DNA of 64,000 bases from a virus (IMGVR_UViG_3300017700_000721:54082-118081), one strand, 5' to 3'; shown: positions 28,988 through 37,888, counted from the first letter of the stretch. Translations and numbers: made by a program. The notes: generated by a model from the letters alone, not told the origin.

Positions 28988-29971
28988 TTAACATGGCGAG
29001 TCTGGACCGTAGATCTTCCGGATGGCGGATATTATCAGGAGCTCGTGGGCCGGTATTTCCTCGCCGTGACCATGACTTTTCAGCATGTCGGCAGAGGTTG
29101 TCAGCGGCGTGATTGAGGATTGCCTCTTGAGGGACTTCTCCATCCTCTCTTCCATCGCTGAGGCCAGAGCTCTGTCAACCCGCGGTTCGTTCTGGCTCGC
29201 CATGTACAGGATACAATAGCAATGAGGGTGCACGGGCCCAATCGTGAATTGCCATGCGTAGGCCGGGACTCCCCAATTGCTGTTTCCGATCACGTCGGAA
29301 AGGCGGTACATCTTCGGTGAGCCGTCTGAGTTCGTGTGGAGGTCCAGGCAATAGTCACACGCGGCTGGCCTGGGCACCTTGTACACTAGCTCGTCTTCGT
29401 CCTTGTCTACGATTTGTCCTTGCTGGAAGTAGCTGTGAAGCTCGGTCTGCAAAAGACGGTCGATCTGGCTCGTAAAGGACTCTGTTTCGCCTGTAAGGGC
29501 GGACACTAGCTCGGTCAGCGCAGAGTTGCGGGCAACAGATCGGGCAGCAGCGTCTACAAATGTCCCTTTGACTAACACTGAACGCCAATCACGGTCAGCG
29601 TTTGCTATAGCCAGTCTGTATTTGGATTGAACAGCGTCCGTGCGGCTTTCCAGCCAACGCTCGGTGTCGTTGCGCATCTGCGCAAGATGAGCCTTCTCTC
29701 GATCGTTCAGCTGGACGTTGTTATTGTAAACCCACTGGGCGATCTGATCCTTGCTCATGGTCTTCAGGGCGTTAGGGCCCAGAAGAGAGGCTACCTTTCC
29801 CGCCATGTAACTCTGCTCGAGCACTGTCATCCGAGACGTTGAGACTGCTGACGAGATGGCGGTCGGGATTGTCTGACCAAGGCCACGGCCAATTGTGTAG
29901 GCCGAGAAGGCGCTTCCTAGCGCCCTCAAGACCGACATGATGCGACCCTCGGTTTCCCGGCCGAGCAGCAT
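28988..29971 (-). CDS. MuF/SPP1 gp7-like head morphogenesis protein
   Basis: RLLQTE, ACDYC, GPVHPHCYC. Confidence 0.75.
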   Translation of the reverse strand: MLLGRETEGRIMSVLRALGSAFSAYTIGRGLGQTIPTAISSAVSTSRMTVLEQSYMAGKVASLLGPNALKTMSKDQIAQWVYNNNVQLNDREKAHLAQMRNDTERWLESRTDAVQSKYRLAIANADRDWRSVLVKGTFVDAAARSVARNSALTELVSALTGETESFTSQIDRLLQTELHSYFQQGQIVDKDEDELVYKVPRPAACDYCLDLHTNSDGSPKMYRLSDVIGNSNWGVPAYAWQFTIGPVHPHCYCILYMASQNEPRVDRALASAMEERMEKSLKRQSSITPLTTSADMLKSHGHGEEIPAHELLIISAIRKIYGPDSPC

Positions 29972-30307
29972 TTAGGCTGCCATCATCTGGTGGCGTCGAC
30001 GATCGTTCACCAATGACAGGATGGCTTCGGCCTCTCCCACACCGGCGCCCAGGTCTCCGGACTTTGTGGTTGCGATGATTGTCCCACGACAGTTCTCCAG
30101 CTTCAGGTCCGGGAAGTGCACCCGTATTCCCTTCGCGGTCGGGATCCAGAGCACGTGCTCTCGCTGGTGCGGCTTGACCTGGTGTCCGCGCGCGATCCTG
30201 CGGGTGAACGGGTTCAAGAACCTGTCCATCGGACTGTATCGCTCGGGTACGAGACCGCGGTCCTTCATGTAGGACAGCAACTCGATAAACTTCTGTTCAA
30301 CACTCAT
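29972..30307 (-). CDS. hypothetical protein
   Basis: Tightly packed ORF in the head module. Confidence 0.55.
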   Translation of the reverse strand: MSVEQKFIELLSYMKDRGLVPERYSPMDRFLNPFTRRIARGHQVKPHQREHVLWIPTAKGIRVHFPDLKLENCRGTIIATTKSGDLGAGVGEAEAILSLVNDRRRHQMMAA

Positions 30308-30474
30308 GTGTCGGACTCCAGCTCAGGATCTTCAATAACTTCTTCCAGTCTTCCGCCCATAGCAAGATAGAGCTCTTTCGCCTTCCTCCAAAAGGCATCC
30401 GTCCACTTCGGACGTTCTAAACCCGCCTTCTTCAAGGCTAAGTTCCACAGTTGAGGGCTTCTAATCCAGCTCAC
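30304..30474 (-). CDS. small hypothetical protein (56 aa)
   Basis: Not in the ORF track. GTG start, MSWIRSPQLWNLALKKAG...KELYLAMGG..., fills the gap with 4-nt overlaps on both sides. Confidence 0.6.
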   Translation of the reverse strand: MSWIRSPQLWNLALKKAGLERPKWTDAFWRKAKELYLAMGGRLEEVIEDPELESDT

Positions 30475-30950
30475 GTCTTCTTCGTCAGCCTCACACGCTG
30501 CTCGCGAGTCACCGAGCCACGCTTCAGGATCTTGCTGAGGACCTGCTCGTATTTGTTGTCGGTGTTGGCCACGATGCCCAGGTCGATGCAGCTGATCATA
30601 ACCTCCTCGCCATCTCCTGGAGGAGAGTCAGGGGTGTCAACCTTGACCGCCCGGCAATAGACCTGCGGCGCTCGAACAACCGGCATATTGGTCACGTGCC
30701 AGATACCTTCGAACCCAGAGGCTTGGGTCTCGAAGACGGTGCCCACTCGACCCAGCCAATCGAGGTCAAGGTCGTTACCTTCGATCTTCTCGTTGTAAGC
30801 TGAGTTGTACTGCCGGACGTCGCCGAACTGCTGCTCTTCCCCACGTAGGTTCCGGGCGTAGTCATTGGGATTGATGGTGTCGGGGTCGATTGAACGATAA
30901 TCGTGCTTGTTGAACCCCATCGTAGCGGGATCCCAGTTCTTTGACATCAA
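30471..30950 (-). CDS. hypothetical protein downstream of the second PolA
   Basis: Strong RBS GGAGG; 159 aa. Confidence 0.7.
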   Translation of the reverse strand: MMSKNWDPATMGFNKHDYRSIDPDTINPNDYARNLRGEEQQFGDVRQYNSAYNEKIEGNDLDLDWLGRVGTVFETQASGFEGIWHVTNMPVVRAPQVYCRAVKVDTPDSPPGDGEEVMISCIDLGIVANTDNKYEQVLSKILKRGSVTREQRVRLTKKT

Positions 30951-31021
30951 ACGACCTCCATGATCTTCCTATAATACCCTCAGTCTAACCTTGTTAGATG
31001 CTCGAGAGGGCGGAGAGGAGG

Positions 31022-33640
31022 TTACTTGGAAATGGCTTTCCAGTTAAGACCGGCTCTGGTGTCCACCTTGAAGGGCAGAAAACCCGGAAGCGGCTGATGG
31101 AACTTCTCCAAGCTGATCTCTCGGACCTTCTCCACGAGTTCGTTCTTCACCACAAAGATGAGCTCGTCATGCATCTGCAGACCCAGGCGAACGTCATCAA
31201 AGGAATAATCCTTCCTGAGGGTGTTGAAGATCTGTGCCTGCCTAATCTTCAGGATCTCGGCGGCGGTGCCAGCGTTGTGATGGTGCCAGGCAGTCTTCCG
31301 GAAACCGTGAAGAGCAGGACCGCGAGCCGTCTTGATCCCCGGTAGGTACCTGGTCCGGCCGAAGCGGGTTGAGACAGATCCCGTCTTGGCGGCTGCTGAG
31401 AGAATGTTCTCACGATACTGGTCAGCCAGAGAGGCACGGGCCTTGTATCCAGCAATGATCTTCGCGGCCTCTGGCATGGCGATGCCGAGACGTTTAGCCA
31501 GGATAAACTCCTGCATGAGGTACAACAAGGCGAAGTTGATCGTCTTGCCAGCCTGGCGCTTGTCTGGGTTATGAAGGTCAACGCCGGGCGCGGCAGCCAT
31601 TACCTCGTCGTACATCTGGATGTGAAAGTCTACCCCGTTGACGAAAGAGGCTGACAGCACTGGGTCACCTGACAGGCTGGCCCAGGTGACGTACTCGGCC
31701 TGGCCCAGGTCGTTAGACAGAAGGGTGTAACCCGAGGGGGCTTCGATCGTCTCCCGAATAGGGACAACCCGGTTCTGTAGGTTGGGGCTGTCCGCAGTGT
31801 ACCGACCATGAGGTTGACCGTACTGGTTCCAGTTCGTCTGGACGGAGCCGGCGTTGGCGTAAGGCTCCCATTCCTTGAGCTGAGATAGAGTCGACTGGGA
31901 TCCGCGAGCCTCCATGATCGCACCCGCGATCGGATAGCCCATCGCGTCCAGCGCCTGGAGGGTGTCGTCGTCCGTCGAGGCCTTCCCTCCCTTGCTGATG
32001 CGCTGGGTTGGGAGGTTCATCACCTCGAACAGGATGCGAACGCAGTCGCCGGGCGCGTGGGGACGGAACTCCTCTCCGGCAAGCTCGTGACAACGAGCTA
32101 CCAGCCGATCCGTCTCTTTCTGCTGAGCCTCCAGGTTCCGCTGCCAGGTCTCCTTGTTGACGACAAGGGCCGTTCGGTTCATCTCCTCCGTCATCGGCTC
32201 GAGGTTGTGCTCGATCTTCGACGAGTTCGACCCGGCTGGCAAGATGACGTCGAACTTCTCGATGCGGATTTCCTGCATGGTCTCATTATACTCTGTTTTG
32301 GACTCGGTGTCAAGTCCTAATTTACCTTCACCCGCCCTGCGGATCTGGGTCGGATCTTCCACTGTCCTGTAGGATCCGTCCTCGCGGACTACCTTCACGA
32401 TGCCGTTCTCAGTCCGCTTGACTTTCGCCGGATGCCACTGACCCTTCGAGTCACAAATCTCGACTTCAGAGTCGTCCGGGTACGCACCGGTTACAGTTCC
32501 AACTGTCAACAACGTATCCTCTCGAGGCGGGCGGCCCTTGAAAGCCTGAGCGTAGAGTTCCTCGAAGCTAGGCAGCTTGACCTTTGCTCCGTCTTCCTGT
32601 ATATACTGAATAGTAAGCTTGAGGGCCTCGCGAGCTTCGTCGCGCATCCCTTCCCAACGAGCCTCAACCATTGCAGCTAACTCAAAAGATGCCTCCGCAA
32701 TCGCTTCCATTCGTTGCCATTTCGCGTTGTCGCGAATGGCTCTGTTGGCTGCGTCCGGAGACAGGTCTGAGACCTCGACGTACATCTCGCCCCAGAGGGC
32801 TGTGCGCTCCTCGTCTTTCACCTTAGCCCTGTGACGGGCCTCAATCTCTTCAGTGCTCTTGTCTCCGGAGACAAGCGTCTGTAGGGCCTCCGGTGTGTAC
32901 TTCCGGGCCTTCTCGGCGATGGGCTCAAACCTTGAGGGGAGGGCATAAACCTGGGTTTGCAGGACCAGGCTAGCTAACGTCTCAGCTTCTTTCAGATCCT
33001 GAAAGGGCGAGGGGTCACTGTCTAGTGGGAACACCTCGTCAACCCAGAAGACCTTGCAAAGAAGGGCTGGGACTTGCATAGCCATTGCCGCGAAGCAGGT
33101 TGCATTGCCCGAAAGAGCCCAGAATGTCTGGGTCCCCTTCACCGCAATAAGTGACGGTACTCGCATTTTCCCGCTGAGGGCGTCGCTAAGCTCAGCAGCG
33201 TCAAACCCACCGTAGGTGATAGCGTGCGTAGGTACAGTCGCTTCGTCGTAATCCTGACCAATGTCACCTTTTCGCATTAGTGACGGGTCTTGGTTCAGAC
33301 GGCCGTGATCCCACGTGATCTGGGCTATCACGCCCTTCACGTACTGATCAGAGATCTGCTTCAGGTTGTTGGGAGCGTCGTGTTCTTCCCGGCGAGCGTA
33401 ATCCCTCAGAGCCTGCTCGTAAGCCCCTTCGATCCTCTCTTCGTGTAATGACTTCCTCATGAGGGACCCTTCGATGGCTCCCTCGTCCGGATCTGGAGGA
33501 GCTTCGTGGATGTCCCTCTTGATCAACTCCAGAACCATCGCCACCGTAGCTTTAAGGTCAAGCCTGGCTTGCTTTTCGAGCTCGTCTAGCGACTTGTAAG
33601 GAAGCTTACGACGCTTCACCTTTAGCTTGTTGCGGGCCAA
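31022..33640 (-). CDS. second family A DNA polymerase, exonuclease-less, fused to a 454-aa N-terminal region
   Basis: GRYTADSPNLQN, motif A DLGQAE, motif B RQAGKTINFALLY, TRFGRTR, motif C QMHDE; TTG start with AGGAG RBS. Confidence 0.9.
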   Translation of the reverse strand: MARNKLKVKRRKLPYKSLDELEKQARLDLKATVAMVLELIKRDIHEAPPDPDEGAIEGSLMRKSLHEERIEGAYEQALRDYARREEHDAPNNLKQISDQYVKGVIAQITWDHGRLNQDPSLMRKGDIGQDYDEATVPTHAITYGGFDAAELSDALSGKMRVPSLIAVKGTQTFWALSGNATCFAAMAMQVPALLCKVFWVDEVFPLDSDPSPFQDLKEAETLASLVLQTQVYALPSRFEPIAEKARKYTPEALQTLVSGDKSTEEIEARHRAKVKDEERTALWGEMYVEVSDLSPDAANRAIRDNAKWQRMEAIAEASFELAAMVEARWEGMRDEAREALKLTIQYIQEDGAKVKLPSFEELYAQAFKGRPPREDTLLTVGTVTGAYPDDSEVEICDSKGQWHPAKVKRTENGIVKVVREDGSYRTVEDPTQIRRAGEGKLGLDTESKTEYNETMQEIRIEKFDVILPAGSNSSKIEHNLEPMTEEMNRTALVVNKETWQRNLEAQQKETDRLVARCHELAGEEFRPHAPGDCVRILFEVMNLPTQRISKGGKASTDDDTLQALDAMGYPIAGAIMEARGSQSTLSQLKEWEPYANAGSVQTNWNQYGQPHGRYTADSPNLQNRVVPIRETIEAPSGYTLLSNDLGQAEYVTWASLSGDPVLSASFVNGVDFHIQMYDEVMAAAPGVDLHNPDKRQAGKTINFALLYLMQEFILAKRLGIAMPEAAKIIAGYKARASLADQYRENILSAAAKTGSVSTRFGRTRYLPGIKTARGPALHGFRKTAWHHHNAGTAAEILKIRQAQIFNTLRKDYSFDDVRLGLQMHDELIFVVKNELVEKVREISLEKFHQPLPGFLPFKVDTRAGLNWKAISK
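32285..32313 (-). promoter_or_regulatory. internal sigma70-type promoter within the second PolA gene
   Basis: Exact TTGACA-ccgagtccaaaacagag-TATAAT, then 6 nt to an in-frame ATG at 32278 (Met455). Confidence 0.8.
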
Positions 33641-33652
33641 GTGCTTCTCCTG

Positions 33653-35131
33653 TTAGGAGTCCAGCTCCTGGGTGATGTCTACGTCGCGACCGTCTGGATC
33701 GTCGGTGGCCTCGGTCGGCTCTTCAAGGTTCTGGTCCTGCTTCGCCTGGAGCTCTTCCGCTTCCATCTTGTCCAACCTAGCAGTATACAACGGATCAAGG
33801 ATGATGTCTCCCGCCTTCAGCGGCGGCTCGTTGCGGTCTGCGCGAATGTCATTCACTGTCCGGAACGATTTGACCTCGGAGTTGATGATCTCCGAGTCAA
33901 TCTTCCGATCCTCGTCAAGACCCAGGAATTCCAGACGATATCGAGGATCGATCTTCTGGATCAGATTGGTGTTGAGGTTGTTCGCCAGAAATGTCAGCAA
34001 CGGGCGTAGGCCACGCTGCTTTGAGACGGCCTGCTTCTGAGGCCCTGAGCTGTCGAAGGTGACGGCTGCGCCAGACTGGCCAATCTGCCAGTTGATCTCC
34101 GTAGGGTCAATCTGATAAACCCCGCAGGCCTGTTTGACCAGGAAATCAAACATCATGGAGTATTCCATGTCACGGTTTGAGCGGTCAAGCTCCTTCCAAT
34201 CAACCTCACCATCCTTGCCAATCTTCAGCACCGGAGGGTTCCAGGCGTGAGCTGCGTTGCGGATAGCCTGCCGGAAATCACGCTTGAAGACTTGGAACTG
34301 GGTGTCATCAACGTCACCCTTCACGATCATTACACCTTTGGCAGTTCCGCCCTGGGTCAGCTGACCGGCGTTGAACTTGTCGGCGTTCAGCATTGTCGTG
34401 ATGGTTCGAACCAGGATCTCAAGTTCAGAGTACCCGTAGCCCATCATCTGGATGTTGGTCTGCGGGTTACGCACACCAAAGATCATCTCCTTGCGGGAAT
34501 ACTCTGCTACAATACGCTCGTGGAGCACCTGCACGTACCAAGGGTCATCAGACAGAGGATCCGACGCCTTCGAGAGCGATGCCTTCAGCTTACGAATGGT
34601 ACCAGCATCTACGGCCACAACGTAGGAAGGCAGACCGTTGCGGCGACTCACAATCTCGGCGTTGGCCTGGTCAAGCTCCAAACTGTCTCGCATGAACTGT
34701 CGGGTAAAGTCCTCCAGCGAGGCTTCACCGTAGCCCACGGTTCCCATCGTGTAGATCCAATCACGGAGGGCAAGGGTCTTGGCGTTGTCCTTCTTGGCGG
34801 CGTTGTCATCGCTGACGATCTCGTACCCCAGAGTGTAGCGCTGGGTCCGGGGGGTGCAGAAAGCAGCCACCTGGTTCAGCCGGGTCTGGATGATGGACCC
34901 AATGATGGGGTTCTTGGCCATCGCGCGCAGGTCGTAGGTCGACAGTGCAGACTGGGGGCGCTGCATCCACTCCGGACCCATGAACATGGTCAGCGGATCG
35001 TAGAACGTTGTCTGAGGTTCATGTGCCCGATCACGGATCTGCTCGATCGCCTTCTCGATCCGTTCCTCTACGATGGCGGCACCGAAGGAGTCCCCGATGA
35101 TCGTCCTTACGCGCTGACCTAGCGAGGGCAT
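33653..35131 (-). CDS. portal protein
   Basis: Follows TerL; IIQTRLNQVAAF, VDAGTI, RNP...GYGYSELE, QGGTAKG, CGVYQIDPTEIN. Confidence 0.9.
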   Translation of the reverse strand: MPSLGQRVRTIIGDSFGAAIVEERIEKAIEQIRDRAHEPQTTFYDPLTMFMGPEWMQRPQSALSTYDLRAMAKNPIIGSIIQTRLNQVAAFCTPRTQRYTLGYEIVSDDNAAKKDNAKTLALRDWIYTMGTVGYGEASLEDFTRQFMRDSLELDQANAEIVSRRNGLPSYVVAVDAGTIRKLKASLSKASDPLSDDPWYVQVLHERIVAEYSRKEMIFGVRNPQTNIQMMGYGYSELEILVRTITTMLNADKFNAGQLTQGGTAKGVMIVKGDVDDTQFQVFKRDFRQAIRNAAHAWNPPVLKIGKDGEVDWKELDRSNRDMEYSMMFDFLVKQACGVYQIDPTEINWQIGQSGAAVTFDSSGPQKQAVSKQRGLRPLLTFLANNLNTNLIQKIDPRYRLEFLGLDEDRKIDSEIINSEVKSFRTVNDIRADRNEPPLKAGDIILDPLYTARLDKMEAEELQAKQDQNLEEPTEATDDPDGRDVDITQELDS

Positions 35132-35168
35132 TTATCTCTCCATCCTGATGCTCAACGCTCGTACTTGC

Positions 35169-36659
35169 TTAGCCAAAGTCAGCGGAGAAGGTTGTGGCAC
35201 GCGAAGCTACGAGCGCATGCCAGATGGCCATAACCACGTCGTCGTGGGTGGTCTCGTTGCCAATCCTACCGTGTCGCTGCTGAATACCGTTGAACTCCGT
35301 AACGATGTAGTCAGTCATGATACGGTCTTGGTCGGTCTTGTACGGGAACCTGAACTGTAGGTTCTCAAACAGCGGGCGGATCGAGAGAAGACCTGTCTCC
35401 ATCGACCTCTTGTTCTGACCCGTCACGGTGTGGCCTCGAACAGGCATCCGACTCTTGTTCTTGAAGTGCTCCCGGTAAAGGCCTTGGAACATGTTGTCTT
35501 CAAGAAAGCCCAGGGTTACTTGGTACATTTGGCAGTAGTATTCAATCTGGTTGATCTGCTCCTGCATGAACTGAGGGCGGGCTCGCCAATAGTTCAGAAG
35601 TGTGTAAAGGTTCGCGCTCTTGTCGTACTCCAAAGCTACGATAGCGGTCCAGTCGCCGTCGTTAGATCCCGGTACTGAAAAGTCCACCCCCAGGAAGACA
35701 GGGTTTCCACCTGTATAGTTCCTGGAGTAGGATAGCTGGCGGTCAAACAGTGGCTCGAGAAGGCTCGTCGGGAAGATCGTGGTCTCGTCCGAGAGCGGCT
35801 TGTTCATATACTCCTTGGAGAAGGAGAGACTGCCGACCTTCCGTCGGATAGCCATCAGATCTTCTGCAGAGTAACGATCGGCCCACAGTGGAATGGTCAT
35901 CGCCTCGTCGACGAAAGCGGCGAGCTTTGCTCCCGTGTACTCACCTCCCTGGAGCTGCTCGTGATACATATCGTCGGTATCTTGGGCGGTGCCCACCGTA
36001 ACAATCTGCGACTTGAACCCTTGAAGGCGGACCTTGGCGGTGCCCTTGTCCTTCATGGGGAAGACCACTTCGTTGAAGCGAGTCTTCATCATCTTCCGCA
36101 CGTCAGCTGACCAGCTGTTCTTTTCGTTCAGCACGTCGTCCAGTAGGATCAGCTGCGGATGGCGGCCACGCAAAGGCGACATGAAACCCTTCGCCTTGAT
36201 GACCTTCTGGTTCCCCAGCTGCATCTCGGTTCGGGAGTCAGGGCCGTGCGATCGTCCTTTCGGGAGAAGGGGCCAAAGAGACTCCCGATTGTTCATCAGG
36301 ATCTTCATCTTGTCCAGGTTCTCGACGGCGGTCGGCTGGTCAGGACCAAGGATCAAGATGTCTTGTACCCAAGGATCGTACTTCGCCTTCCAGAGGGCAT
36401 AGGCTCTGATCAGCGAGTGACTCTTCCCGTGATCTCGAGGGGCCATCTCTATCACGTCATCGCCCGTCTTCAGGTGATCCCACCAGATCTTATGCTGAGG
36501 ACCAATCTCAAAGCCCAGCTCCACCTTCTGGAAGACTAGGAAGTTGGTCCTACACAGCTGCCGGACAGCGTGTTTAATCCCTGCGGCGTTACCGCCCAGG
36601 AAGGCTCCGGCTGCTTTCGACTGGCTAGTGCCGGGCCGAGGGAGGTGGTAAAAGGTCAT
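35169..36659 (-). CDS. terL: terminase large subunit
   Basis: APRDHGKS, LRGRHPQLILLDD, LGVDFS, GDWTA, HDDVVMA. Confidence 0.95.
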   Translation of the reverse strand: MTFYHLPRPGTSQSKAAGAFLGGNAAGIKHAVRQLCRTNFLVFQKVELGFEIGPQHKIWWDHLKTGDDVIEMAPRDHGKSHSLIRAYALWKAKYDPWVQDILILGPDQPTAVENLDKMKILMNNRESLWPLLPKGRSHGPDSRTEMQLGNQKVIKAKGFMSPLRGRHPQLILLDDVLNEKNSWSADVRKMMKTRFNEVVFPMKDKGTAKVRLQGFKSQIVTVGTAQDTDDMYHEQLQGGEYTGAKLAAFVDEAMTIPLWADRYSAEDLMAIRRKVGSLSFSKEYMNKPLSDETTIFPTSLLEPLFDRQLSYSRNYTGGNPVFLGVDFSVPGSNDGDWTAIVALEYDKSANLYTLLNYWRARPQFMQEQINQIEYYCQMYQVTLGFLEDNMFQGLYREHFKNKSRMPVRGHTVTGQNKRSMETGLLSIRPLFENLQFRFPYKTDQDRIMTDYIVTEFNGIQQRHGRIGNETTHDDVVMAIWHALVASRATTFSADFG

Positions 36660-37263
36660 TGACCCCGATCACAATGTCACCGTTAATGATGAGGTCCGTG
36701 AGGACATCCGAAGCGTCTTGGGTGAGGCCGATCCCGTTCTGTTCCAGCTTCTTGATGTCCTCTTCCATCTTGTCCACTGCGCTGCCTGGGACCTTCGCCA
36801 GCATCGCGTGCAGCTTCGTCAACATGTCGTTCTGCACAACCATCTCTTGACGAACGCGCTTGTCCGAGTAGGCCGGGTTGACCTTCTGCTTCTCTTTCTC
36901 GTTCCTCACGAGGGTGTCAACCCTCTGCTTCTGCGTGTATATGTTCTGTGACATCTCTCGGATGATGTCGATGGTGACCGTACCGCCCATCTTCTCGATC
37001 ATCTCCTCGGCCCAGGAGAGATTGACCTGAACCTTGGTCTCCTTTAGGTTCCGGAAGATGGTTGGGGCTGAGATCCGGTATTCCTGACCCTGCTCAATCA
37101 GCCACTTCTCAATGTCTCGGTAAGGAATTGCCTGCAGACGCATGCTAATGATAACGTCGCAGAATGGGGACTGACGGATGGCACAGGCTTTGTTAAGCCT
37201 CGACCGAACCCTACCAATCAACCCGTGAGGATCCGGGAGAACTTGACGCTTTACGGTTGCCAT
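36625..37263 (-). CDS. putative terminase small subunit
   Basis: HTH-like N-terminus plus coiled coil, upstream of TerL. Start moved to ATG 37263 (TAATG overlap). Confidence 0.55.
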   Translation of the reverse strand: MATVKRQVLPDPHGLIGRVRSRLNKACAIRQSPFCDVIISMRLQAIPYRDIEKWLIEQGQEYRISAPTIFRNLKETKVQVNLSWAEEMIEKMGGTVTIDIIREMSQNIYTQKQRVDTLVRNEKEKQKVNPAYSDKRVRQEMVVQNDMLTKLHAMLAKVPGSAVDKMEEDIKKLEQNGIGLTQDASDVLTDLIINGDIVIGVNDLLPPPSARH

Positions 37264-37886
37264 TAGGCAGCCATCCTTCGCGGCTGAGCAGCGAGGGCTT
37301 CGAGCCTTTCCTGCTTCTTGGTTTGGAGGGTAAGGTGCTTGTTCATATGTGCGAGTGAGACCGAGGAAACACGCACGTAATAAACGAACGGCGACTTTGA
37401 CCAATCAGCCTTCAATTCGTAGGGTCGAGCTGTCGCCTTGAGTCCTAGCTCTGTCATGAGGGCGTAAACCTCGCCTGCCAGTTCTCGGTGGACTGTGGCG
37501 TAGTAAACCAGGGTTGACTTGTTCTCCTTCGGCTTGGAGACAGACCCGTCCGAGTCCATCAATCCTTCGAGGAGCTTCCACTGGAACTCGGGAGCCCAAT
37601 CCAGCCAGCCGACAGGTAGGCGCTTGTTCGTGGCGTTGGTGTGGATGTCCAGGCCTGCCGATATGCAATCAGCCGTCATCTCTCGGGTCGAGGTATAAAC
37701 TAGATGTCCAGACTTCTGAGGATTAAACTTCCGGAAGGTTCCGTACTCTTCCAGAGCGGCAGCCACCTTCGGGTAGTCATCAGCGTTACAAATCCACCTG
37801 AGCTGCTCGAGACCGTGGTTGTTAACGTACCAACCATCTCCAATCCAGTAACCCAACAGGTAAGCGAGAGGCAAGGATCCAATCAT
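37263..37886 (-). CDS. free-standing LAGLIDADG homing endonuclease (intein/DOD-type)
   Basis: AYLLGYWIGDG, KRLP, LLEGLMDSDGS. Confidence 0.85.
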   Translation of the reverse strand: MIGSLPLAYLLGYWIGDGWYVNNHGLEQLRWICNADDYPKVAAALEEYGTFRKFNPQKSGHLVYTSTREMTADCISAGLDIHTNATNKRLPVGWLDWAPEFQWKLLEGLMDSDGSVSKPKENKSTLVYYATVHRELAGEVYALMTELGLKATARPYELKADWSKSPFVYYVRVSSVSLAHMNKHLTLQTKKQERLEALAAQPRRMAA

Positions 37887-37888
37887 AG

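Noticed and set aside
37263-37886. LAGLIDADG as part of an intein or group I intron
   Set aside because: It has its own start and stop, the flanking genes look intact, and there is no non-coding space for an intron core.
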